A stretch of DNA of 64,000 nt, taken from positions 1 through 64,000 of the forward strand of contig CDRNVI010000083.1 in the NCBI GenBank assembly GCA_977017575.1, written 5' to 3'. Origin of the DNA: Paramoeba atlantica. Its lineage: Eukaryota; Protista; Discosea. Made by a program: the position numbers and the translations under genes. The number at the start of each line of letters is the position of its first letter. Position 1 is the stretch's first letter. This document shows, piece after piece, positions 46,606-55,339 of this stretch. The notes under the pieces were generated by a model that had not been told where the DNA came from, made no database searches, and saw nothing but the letters and a program-made list of their open reading frames with translations.

Positions 46606-47250
46606 TTATAGTACAGCAATCATAGTGTGCGCTACGTTGAAACGAACAGATCCCCCGAGTTTAGTTTGGTCGAGCTTCCCTCTCAGATCCCTGTTCTTTG
46701 TCAAATCACAAAAAACGAGATCCTTAGGAATTGTTTCAAAGCAAATAACCCCGGAGAAGCGGTTGGATTTTAAATTTAGTTTTCGCAACGTCGCGGGAAG
46801 CTCAGCGAAGAGAATTTCGCCCTCAAACTTGTTGTGCGACAGAGAAAGTTCACGTAGCATACGAGGGAACGCACCCCAATTCACTGTTCCCTGTAGATTA
46901 TTACGAGAAAATTTTTCTCCGAATTCAAATTCCGACTTACCGAAATCTAGTGAGAGGACGGTTTCTGGTATATGTTCCCAAGGTACAGTGCCGCGCAGCC
47001 CACATCCCGACCACCGCAGATCAGTAATGATATGATCAGCATTGCATCCAACTCCATTCCATTCGCAGGCGTGGCCTTCTTTCCCCAACCACCTATTATC
47101 ACTCATATGCTGGATTAGAATGGAGAGGTAATACTCCTGTGGTAGTGATGTGCCACGTATTTTGCCTGGTTTCAGGGCTATTGGAGATTGATCTGCGCAT
47201 GATACACTGCGTGACATTGTAATGGCTCGAAAGAGTTGGAGCAATGACAA
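46606..47250 (-). CDS. Leucine-rich repeat protein (paralog 3)
   Basis: ACEWNGVGC cap and LRRs. Confidence 0.85.
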   Translation of the reverse strand: MSLLQLFRAITMSRSVSCADQSPIALKPGKIRGTSLPQEYYLSILIQHMSDNRWLGKEGHACEWNGVGCNADHIITDLRWSGCGLRGTVPWEHIPETVLSLDFGKSEFEFGEKFSRNNLQGTVNWGAFPRMLRELSLSHNKFEGEILFAELPATLRKLNLKSNRFSGVICFETIPKDLVFCDLTKNRDLRGKLDQTKLGGSVRFNVAHTMIAVL

Positions 47251-47691
47251 TAAAACAGTAATAAGAGAAAAAATGCTGAACAGAAAAATTACATGTTGCT
47301 CGCTTAGTTTGTGGTGGAAAACAACGATTCATTGGATGGCCAATTTATTGACCTTTTTACTGCTGAGTCACCTGGGTGAAAAAACTATATCCTGTAAAGA
47401 AAATTTCTCTCCGTCTCTATCCATGCCAAAGTATTTAATAAATCATCGATTCATTGCGTGTAATGTAAGAAAAATAGCAACTTGATTCAACGTCATGTAA
47501 TTATCACTTTATTTTTCAAGCATGGCAAAATAAAAACGAAACAAAAGTGTTCTTATTTCTTTTTTGCAAAGGCAAAACGAATAAAATATAATTTCTTACT
47601 CTGCTACACAATCAACCACTTTAAACACCAACTTTTCACCCGCGAATCCTTTGTATAAACAGCACCAAAAAAAGCAACCTCTCACCTCGCC

Positions 47692-48294
47692 TTACTTCAA
47701 CAAATTCGACGCCACGAAATCCCAATTCACCGCACTCCAAAAACTTTCAATATACGACGCCCGGTCATTCCGGTAATCAATATAATACGCATGTTCCCAC
47801 ACATCACACGCCAGCAGAGGCACCATCCCCTCCCGGGACAGCGGACACCCCGCGTCATGGGTCGAGACCACCTTGAGCGTCTTCCCCCCACTCTCCTGCA
47901 CCAGCCACGCCCATCCGCTGCCAAAGTGGCTCGTCGCGGCGGCGGTGAACTTCTCGCGAAACGCCTCGAACGAGCCGAAGTCGTGTTCGATGCGGGCCGC
48001 GAGCGCCCCGGCCGGGAGCCCCCCGCCGCGGGGACTCAGCCCGTTCCAGTAGAACGTGTGGTTGTAGATCTGGGCCGCGAGGTTGTAGTGCGCGCCCCCC
48101 TCGGGCTCGTGCCGGATGACGGCCTCGACGGAGCCCAGCGCGGCCAGGGGCGGGGAGGCGGCCGCGGCGGCGTTGAGCTTCGTGACGTACCCGCGGTGGT
48201 GCTTTTCGTAGTGGAAGGTGAGCTGCTCGACGGAGAAGCCCTTGGGGACGAGAGCGTCGGTGGGGTAGGGGAGAGGGGGGAGGGTGAAGGCCAT
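47692..48294 (-). CDS. SODB: Iron superoxide dismutase
   Basis: MAFTLPPLPY, KHHRGYV, AAQIYNHTFYW, FGSGWAWLV, DVWEHAYYIDY. Confidence 0.97.
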   Translation of the reverse strand: MAFTLPPLPYPTDALVPKGFSVEQLTFHYEKHHRGYVTKLNAAAAASPPLAALGSVEAVIRHEPEGGAHYNLAAQIYNHTFYWNGLSPRGGGLPAGALAARIEHDFGSFEAFREKFTAAATSHFGSGWAWLVQESGGKTLKVVSTHDAGCPLSREGMVPLLACDVWEHAYYIDYRNDRASYIESFWSAVNWDFVASNLLK

Positions 48295-48360
48295 GGAGGG
48301 GTGGGGGAGGGAAGGAAAAGGTGGAAGAAAGAAGAGGTGAAAGAAGAAGAAGAAGAAGCA
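48295..48360 (-). promoter_or_regulatory. Polypyrimidine tract upstream of SOD (possible trans-splicing signal or 5' UTR)
   Basis: Almost pure C/T on the coding strand directly before the ATG. A similar tract lies at 25745-25800. Confidence 0.4.
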
Positions 48361-48461
48361 GGTTCAAACTCTATTCCCCATAAAAAAATGGAATTTAAAG
48401 GTTTCACGATAATAAACTCTCCATGCATGGATACTGTACGCGTCTTGACTCTGAAAAACGC

Positions 48462-49391
48462 TTACTGCCCCTCCTTTTCGATTTCCTGAAGAAGATCCAG
48501 CAAGCTCGATGGAGGCTCCCCCTTATCATATAGTCGCTCTAAAACAGTAAAAATTTCCGGACTATGTGCCCCCAGTGCCGAAGCTACACGTGCCTCATCT
48601 ACCTCACTACCTGCGCAAGGAGACGATACGGAGGACGCAGATCCCGAGAGCAGCTCACACAATTGGGTCAGCACCGTACGGTGGTGATTCACACAGATCA
48701 CCTCATTTTCGGATGCACTCCCCGCATGGGTCTCCTCCCACCGCTCACACGCTTTTTGAAGCCGTAAAAACGGTATTGCAAAATTATCCAAGGAGATCGT
48801 TTTTTCGAGTAATTTCTTTTCGAAACGTTCGTACTGTGACTTCGTGGCCGAGCCTGTAGCTTCTGAAATAGAAGGTGAAACGTCTGGAAGAGGCGAGAGA
48901 CTGTCTTCGGTCCCCGAGACCATTTCTGCCTCATGTAGCCCCTCTAGAGTTTTGATTGAGCCCTCCTCTGGTTTCTTTGAAGAGATCTTATCTTTCGCTA
49001 TTTTTGGTTCTCCCATTTCGTCACACATTTTTTGAAGCTGCTCCAAGGAGGCGAGAAGCTGCTCCTCGGAGATATGCTCAAGAGGGGTATCGGTGGGAAG
49101 GACGCTTGAAAGCTCCGGAGTGTTTCGCATCTCACGTGCAACGTACGCTTCTAACCTTTTCTCCTGCGCCGCGCTGAGTGCGGGTTCCTGATCGGGGTTC
49201 TGCAGTAGCTGTGTGGTAAGTTGCTGCACAAGGTGAAGCATTTCTTCCTCCTCACCGGGAAGTGTGGGAGAAGGGGAGTGCGACGCTGCTTGTGCTCTCT
49301 TCGCCTTCTCTTCCTGTTGTTTGATGTCAAAGGAGTTAAGGGCAGTATCCAAAACGCTGTCAAGCTCATCATCCGAGTCTGCGGAGTTCAT
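48462..49391 (-). CDS. PEX19: Peroxin PEX19-like protein
   Basis: N-terminal DDELDSVLDTALNSFD and C-terminal GEPPSSL, ~309 aa. No CAAX motif. Confidence 0.65.
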   Translation of the reverse strand: MNSADSDDELDSVLDTALNSFDIKQQEEKAKRAQAASHSPSPTLPGEEEEMLHLVQQLTTQLLQNPDQEPALSAAQEKRLEAYVAREMRNTPELSSVLPTDTPLEHISEEQLLASLEQLQKMCDEMGEPKIAKDKISSKKPEEGSIKTLEGLHEAEMVSGTEDSLSPLPDVSPSISEATGSATKSQYERFEKKLLEKTISLDNFAIPFLRLQKACERWEETHAGSASENEVICVNHHRTVLTQLCELLSGSASSVSSPCAGSEVDEARVASALGAHSPEIFTVLERLYDKGEPPSSLLDLLQEIEKEGQ

Positions 49392-49659
49392 TTGAGTACT
49401 TGGTTTGATTAAAAAATATCCGACATGGAAAGGTGGAAGTACTGTGTGACCCACACTGTGTGGCTCCGTATCTTTGTTTTTCTTATGCCGGAAACACTTG
49501 TGTAAGTGTATACAAGCAAAGGTAGCAAATATGTGTATATATAAGTGTAAGTGTATATAGTGTTGTAAAACAAGGGGGGGTGCCTTATTATTGTCGAGGG
49601 ATTTATAACCGTAAGTGTATATACAGCAAGTGTATAAGCGAGGGGGGGGTTAGTCATAG

Positions 49660-50547
49660 TTAATCGATAAATTTAAGCTTGGTACCAAAAGAAGTATACA
49701 TCAGGTGCTTTAAATTCCTTGGAAGATTTGATTTCTGAATCTCACCACGAAGTTCTTTATTATTGGATAAAGTGAACGTGCACAAATTACATGGAAGTCG
49801 TCTTAAATCAATAGAAGAAAAGTCGTTATTGTCAAGAAGAAGTTCTTCCATATTAGGTGGAAGATCATTCAAGAATAGTGGCCCTGAAAATTGATTTCTA
49901 TCCAAATTCAGTCTCGTCATTCCCTGCGGGAGGGAACGTAAATCAACGTGACCCGTTAAAGCGTTTCCTCCAAGGCAAAGAAAATCCATTTGTGCCGGAA
50001 GCTTGTTCAAACAAATTTCACCAGAAAAACGATTCTCGTCCAGATAGAGGTGTTCCAAACTCTCCGGAAGAGACGTCAAATCGATTGAACCGGTAAAACA
50101 GTTCTTACTAAGGGCAAAAACCTGCATGTTTGGTGGCAGATCTACCAGACACACTTCCCCGGTTAATTGATTTTCTTGAAAGTCCACAGTCTCTAGGGTT
50201 CGAGGAAGGCACTTAAAGTTCATTGTGCCTTTAAGACTTTGACTTGGTAGCAATCTGAGAGCATTAAATGACCAAGCGATGGAATCTATCTCACCCCTGT
50301 TGTTGCACTTGAGGCCGTCCCACTTACATACTTCAACATCTATTCTCCAGTTGAGGCATGAGTCAAATGTAGCGTTTTCGATAAGCCGAGACATGTCATA
50401 CACTTGAGGAAGAACAGCCCCACGAACCCTCGCAGGATGCAGTGCATCAACTTTGGCTAACGGATCCTTTGCACATGTTAAACGTACACTTAACGAGACA
50501 AACATAGAAATACATACATGTATATGTATGTCGGGAAAGAAACTCAA
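49660..50547 (-). CDS. Leucine-rich repeat protein (paralog 4)
   Basis: Hydrophobic N-terminus, RVRGAVLPQ, CKWDGLKC cap, ~7 LRRs. Confidence 0.88.
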   Translation of the reverse strand: MSFFPDIHIHVCISMFVSLSVRLTCAKDPLAKVDALHPARVRGAVLPQVYDMSRLIENATFDSCLNWRIDVEVCKWDGLKCNNRGEIDSIAWSFNALRLLPSQSLKGTMNFKCLPRTLETVDFQENQLTGEVCLVDLPPNMQVFALSKNCFTGSIDLTSLPESLEHLYLDENRFSGEICLNKLPAQMDFLCLGGNALTGHVDLRSLPQGMTRLNLDRNQFSGPLFLNDLPPNMEELLLDNNDFSSIDLRRLPCNLCTFTLSNNKELRGEIQKSNLPRNLKHLMYTSFGTKLKFID

Positions 50548-50707
50548 AAGAGAGAAAGAGAAAAATTCATTTTTTTACCAAGGAAAAGCTACAAGAAATA
50601 AAACGAAACTGTCGCGAAATAAAGCAACACATACTCTATGCTACACTGTACATACCACTTAAGACACTAATCTCTGGAAATTGTATGACCCATTCGTGAC
50701 CCTATAA

Positions 50708-51952
50708 CTAACCCTCTCCCACTAACTCCTGTTCCTCCTCCCTCGTGACCCCTCCAAGGACCATTACAGATCCCTGGGGGTGGGACACAATCACGTGACC
50801 ATGCCGCTCGTGAAGAGCTGGTTTGCGGCTTTCCCCATCCAAGGGTTGTATCCCCTCGGGGTAGAATTCCCCGGTTTTTGTTAGACTTAACGGCAAACCC
50901 TCTTTAGGATACTCAAGAGGAAGAGAGTACAACCGTTGTTGTATCTCCTGCTCTGTTTCTGGAAAACAATAAGCAGGGGCGTGTCCCTCTCCTATAGTAT
51001 TTCCCACGGAGGAGACTTCCCCTGGATTCTCTTGGCCCCCCTTCGCTTTTTCTTCCCTTACCTTTTGTAGGCAATAATTTCGATAGGCGTTGACTTGGGC
51101 TCGTGCGTGGGTTTGTGCGTACATCCCCGTGTGAAGGTTTCCGGTGACACTCACCACGTGCCGGCGACGCACCTCCTGGAGTGCGAGTCTGGCACACACC
51201 CCAAAGGTATATACCACGTAGCGGACTACTTCATACTCCGCTCGACCGTAGCACGAGGGAGGGGTGAAAGAAGCATAAGAAGAAGATAAGGAAAAAGAAG
51301 AAAAAGAAAAATTTGGGCGAGAAGATGAAGAAGAAAAATGTGAAATAGAGTCGACGGCGTGACTCGGAGGTTCGTGACCCGTGTTGTAGGCGTCCTGGAG
51401 CACACACGTGAGGTCCGGGGTGCCTAAGCCAGGGAGGAAACTGGGAATACGTAGGGTAAGGATGCAACACTCGTCGGGGAGAGTGTGACGAATTGGAGAC
51501 GTAGGTGTAGCATTTGATGCTGATGGACAAGAGGTGTCTGGGATTTCCCAGGTAGGGACATTTTTGTGTTTTTTTTGATTTGAAGTCTCTTGTTGGAGGG
51601 ACAGACCTTTGCGTACGGATTCAACAATACCTGTAAATGAGACAATCGCGCTGCCCTCTACTAGGGAGGACCTTTTTCTTATGACACATGTGGGAATGTT
51701 TGAAGATATAGGTTGTTTTTTCTCGGAAGGGTAGCGATTCAGGTTATTTCGTAGCTGCAATGAACGACGGCGGGCTTCAGAGATAAAATTCAGAAGTTTT
51801 ATGTTTTCTACCTGTAGTGCGTTTCGTTTTTCCCGAAGGAATTCGGCAAGTAGTTCTTTTGATGCTTCTTTTGGCGTTCCAAGAGAGGTATAAAAACGGA
51901 ATGTAGCGTATTTGCTTGCTAGATTTTTTCTCGGTAACACGATGGCTTTCAT
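50708..51952 (-). CDS. Probable mitochondrial OB-fold (SSB/KREPA-like) protein with long loop insertions
   Basis: 414-aa ORF with strands IVSFTGIVESVRKG, ILTLR, VVYTFG, VVSVTGNL, HVIVSHPQGSVMVL in SSB order. The function is inferred. Confidence 0.5.
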   Translation of the reverse strand: MKAIVLPRKNLASKYATFRFYTSLGTPKEASKELLAEFLREKRNALQVENIKLLNFISEARRRSLQLRNNLNRYPSEKKQPISSNIPTCVIRKRSSLVEGSAIVSFTGIVESVRKGLSLQQETSNQKKHKNVPTWEIPDTSCPSASNATPTSPIRHTLPDECCILTLRIPSFLPGLGTPDLTCVLQDAYNTGHEPPSHAVDSISHFSSSSSRPNFSFSSFSLSSSYASFTPPSCYGRAEYEVVRYVVYTFGVCARLALQEVRRRHVVSVTGNLHTGMYAQTHARAQVNAYRNYCLQKVREEKAKGGQENPGEVSSVGNTIGEGHAPAYCFPETEQEIQQRLYSLPLEYPKEGLPLSLTKTGEFYPEGIQPLDGESRKPALHERHGHVIVSHPQGSVMVLGGVTREEEQELVGEG

Positions 51953-52436
51953 GAAAAATAGGAGATATGGTAAAATATGATGCTAGAGGACGACGTGATA
52001 ATTGATACTCTTTCCTTGATGAACAGTTGTCGTCACCCATCTGAGAGTCACGAAAATAAGAATGACCATCTCAAGAATGACAAATTATTGTGTCAACGTT
52101 CAACTCAAAAAGAGCGTTGAAAATGAGAATGGATTAAAAAAAGAAGTTTGTTATTGTGTTATTAACGTTTTTTAGCGCATTCCCCTGAGATTAGCGCAAT
52201 ACCTCTGCATGAGGTATTCGACATACACTGTAACTATGATCTTTTATTGAGGGAGACACGGTGCGTACTAAATCGCCTACTAAGGTTACTTTGAAAGTAC
52301 AGGTCTTTTTCACTACTCCGTATACTAATCTCCGTATTGCATCAAAAAGTCGAGTACAGTACGCAGTTTTTAGAACCCGTTTAATAAAAAAGTGACTCGG
52401 AACGAGGCTCGGAAGTGCACAAGCGTGGAAAAAATT

Positions 52437-53661
52437 GGTGAAACTGAAGCAAAATTCGGTTTTTTTCAGCTTTTGTCTATCAAATTCTCTGATTGTAGAA
52501 AATACTTCTCCAGAGATCGTATTCATATTTTCTTGAGTTTTTCGCTATTCTTTTCGCCATTTCCAGTTACTTGGTCTATCTTTCCATGCCTTGCACGGGG
52601 TGTGTTGGGTTTTCTTGTCGGCGAAAGCTGACAATAAGTAAGATTGCAACTTGGACTGAAAAGCAGTGTGTGGAGTGGCTACAAGATCATAAGTTGGTGG
52701 CACAAAAGGTCATATGTTGCAAGCGAAATCACACGAGTGACCACACTATGGAAATGAATGGTGAAAAATGGAAGTGCACGAAGTCTTGCAAAGGGATATA
52801 TGAGAAGACGGGTCCACTGTTGCCGGGCAGGGCGCAGCGAAGCGCTAAACAAACACTGAAGTACATTGTACTTTACGTTCGGGGGAATAAACATGAGGTG
52901 TCTGTTGCAGAGACGGAGCTCAGTGAGAAAACAATTATATCGCTACGTCAGTGGATTGATTCCATCATGGCAACTTGTCATTTGCGTCGACGCGCCCGAC
53001 AAAGAGGGAGCGTCCACTCGATGCAGGGTGATGAAACTTTTTTCTCGGTTCGGAAACGTCACCGAGGTAGTCACGGTTCGAGGCGCGTGCGCGCAGAAGG
53101 TACGCAAGTAGCCCAAACGGTTGCGGTGACGACTCGAAACAACAAGTTATCCGAAATTTTAATGCAAGTAGTACCAGATCGCACTGCTGGTTCTCTTGTC
53201 CCCGGAATTACAGAACTAGCCGCAGGAGAACGTACCAGAATTTGAACAGACGGCGCTCGTCACAATGTTCGTCTCGGGCAGTACTACAAGTGGGAAAGCG
53301 TCAACCACCGTCGACAGTCGGTCACAGAGGAAGGTGTGCACACAAACACTGTGGAATGTGCGAACTCAATCGTCAAGAAGCGTTCAAAGCGTGAAGGTGG
53401 TGTGTTGGGCCGGAAAGCCGCCCGGAGAGAAGATCGGGTGCAGGCCTACGCAGAGCAGGGAAGCGGAAGTTTGAAGTGTAATGGGGGGGATGCTTTGTTG
53501 CGCGTGCTTGAAAATTTAAAAGAGCACTGCGCTTGCGTATACGTATAGTGTCCGCTTTTTAAGTCTAAAGTTGTGAGTTTAAATATTTCAACATTTTTTG
53601 AGCAATTTTTGAACGGATTTATGAAAAAAACGAAAAAAACGAATTTTGCTTCAGTTTAGCC
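52437..53661 (+). mobile_element. Merlin (IS1016/IS1595-like) DNA transposon; transposase 52571-53548 with one in-frame TGA
   Basis: TIR GG(TG/CT)AAACTGAAGCAAAATTCG, exact 8-bp TSD AAAAAATT (52429-52436, 53662-53669). Motifs GDETFF..RK.HRG, VPDRT, RI*TDG, VNH, HTNTVE. Confidence 0.92.
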
Positions 53662-53679
53662 AAAAAATTGCGTATAAGA

Positions 53680-53815
53680 GGGGGTTAAATATTAATCTGC
53701 ATTTAAATATTAATGTGCAAACAGGTTAATATTTAAATAAAATTTAAATATTAACTTGCAATTTAAAGATTAAAGCGAATTTAAATATTAATCCGCATTT
53801 AAATATTAATCCGCA
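53680..53815. repeat. Cluster of ~7 copies of ATTTAAATATTAA(T/C), some inverted
   Basis: Direct reading; bounded by G and C runs. Confidence 0.75.
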
Positions 53816-54137
53816 CCCCGGGTTACATAAACAAGGCGAAAAATTTCCGCAGGGGGGAAGACATTTTGAAACCACTACAATATAGAAAATTAGCAAACCC
53901 AGGCAAACCTAGGCAAACCCAGGTGATTTCAGCCCTCTAAATGATTGATAATAAATGATTGATTCTGTTCCCCGAATTTACAAACCACAACTGTTTAAGA
54001 GTTTGAGGAATATTTTTCAGCTCTTAGTATAACTTACTATGTAACTAGTATAACTAAGTTCCAGATCCATTGTTTTTATCAAAACGCGTTCCAGTGACCG
54101 GGGGAATAACGAATGAACGAAAAAAAGTACACCTTTT

Positions 54138-54300
54138 TATGGCCAGCTGGCCACATTCTGAAATAATTGGCTAGCCGGCCACCTCCAGAAAAAATGGTTA
54201 GCTGGCTACCAAAAACACAGTTTGTATTTCGTATCAGATCAATCGGAACAGCATAAAAAAATGGCCACCTGGTCACTTTCCCACGAGGTGGCCAGCTAGC
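54138..54300 (-). repeat. Dispersed relative of the satellite-flanking element with ~5 degenerate TGGCCAGCTGGCCA palindromes
   Basis: The reverse complement contains AAACTGTGTTTTTGGTAGCCAGCT, matching 7725-7750 and 12066-12092. Confidence 0.75.
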
Positions 54301-54329
54301 TATTTTTTTTAGGGGAAAATTATCGTTTT

Positions 54330-55310
54330 TTATACGTGTATATGTACTGAGGCAGGATGGTTTCCAGCGAGCGGCAGCTCGAGGTCCGGACTCACGCTAA
54401 TATGTAGAGCTGCTAACCCTGGAGGTAAAGAACCAAAGTATGGTTTGCCCGAGAACATATTTCCATTGAGTCGAATAAAAATCATTTGTTTTGGCAAATT
54501 TCGCAAATCAAGATCTCCATAAAATTCATTTTCAGAAAGATTAAGTTGCCGAAGTCCGGAAGGAAGCCGATCAAGATGAACAACACCAGAACAGTGGTTC
54601 CTTCCAACAATGAACTCAAGAAGAGTCACGGGAAGTTCTGAAAGATCAAGTGAACCGGATAATTTATTTTCAAACAAATTTACGTACTCTAGGGTGCGAG
54701 GTAGAGAAGATACAGCCAGACGGCCACGTATACCAATATTCGCTGCCAGCAAACTTTTCAATCCTTGAGGTAGTGCTGAAAAACTAGACTCTCCTCCGAT
54801 AGGATTGTGACTTATGGCTATACACTTGAGGGATAAAGGGAGAGCATCGTATTCCATCGGACCACTAAAAAGATTCCTGGAAACGTGTAGATTCTTTAAC
54901 TCGGGACCCAAGTATCTACTCTGGATATTTCCTTTCAATACATTTGAGGTAAGAATTAGAGCTTGCAGGGTTTCCGGTGTGTATTCCCAAGAAATGTTGC
55001 CACGGAGTCCTTTGTGAGACCAGTCTATCGAAATGGCTTTTTCGTGTGCATTGCATTTGACTCCAAACCAGGTACAGACGTTCTCGTAAGTAGCCCATGT
55101 GGCGTGTGGATTCGACACAGAAGCAAATTTGGAAAGATACATATGAACGGGCAAAACAGATCCGCGTACCTTTCCTCTGCGGACGACAGAAGTATCCGTA
55201 TCCGCACAGGATAAAAAAAATAGGAACAGGATCATTTTACAAGACCATTTAAAAAATATTGGGCGCAGAATCCAGGAAGATTTAACAAGATCAACCGCCG
55301 TTGCTCGCAA
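54330..55310 (-). CDS. Leucine-rich repeat protein (paralog 5), signal-peptide-like N-terminus
   Basis: MILFLFFLSCAD, GKVRGSVLP, CTWFGVKC, ~8 LRRs. The likely start is the MILF ATG. Confidence 0.88.
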   Translation of the reverse strand: MRATAVDLVKSSWILRPIFFKWSCKMILFLFFLSCADTDTSVVRRGKVRGSVLPVHMYLSKFASVSNPHATWATYENVCTWFGVKCNAHEKAISIDWSHKGLRGNISWEYTPETLQALILTSNVLKGNIQSRYLGPELKNLHVSRNLFSGPMEYDALPLSLKCIAISHNPIGGESSFSALPQGLKSLLAANIGIRGRLAVSSLPRTLEYVNLFENKLSGSLDLSELPVTLLEFIVGRNHCSGVVHLDRLPSGLRQLNLSENEFYGDLDLRNLPKQMIFIRLNGNMFSGKPYFGSLPPGLAALHISVSPDLELPLAGNHPASVHIHV

Positions 55311-55339
55311 AAATATTTTGTTTTTTTCGACTTGTCATA

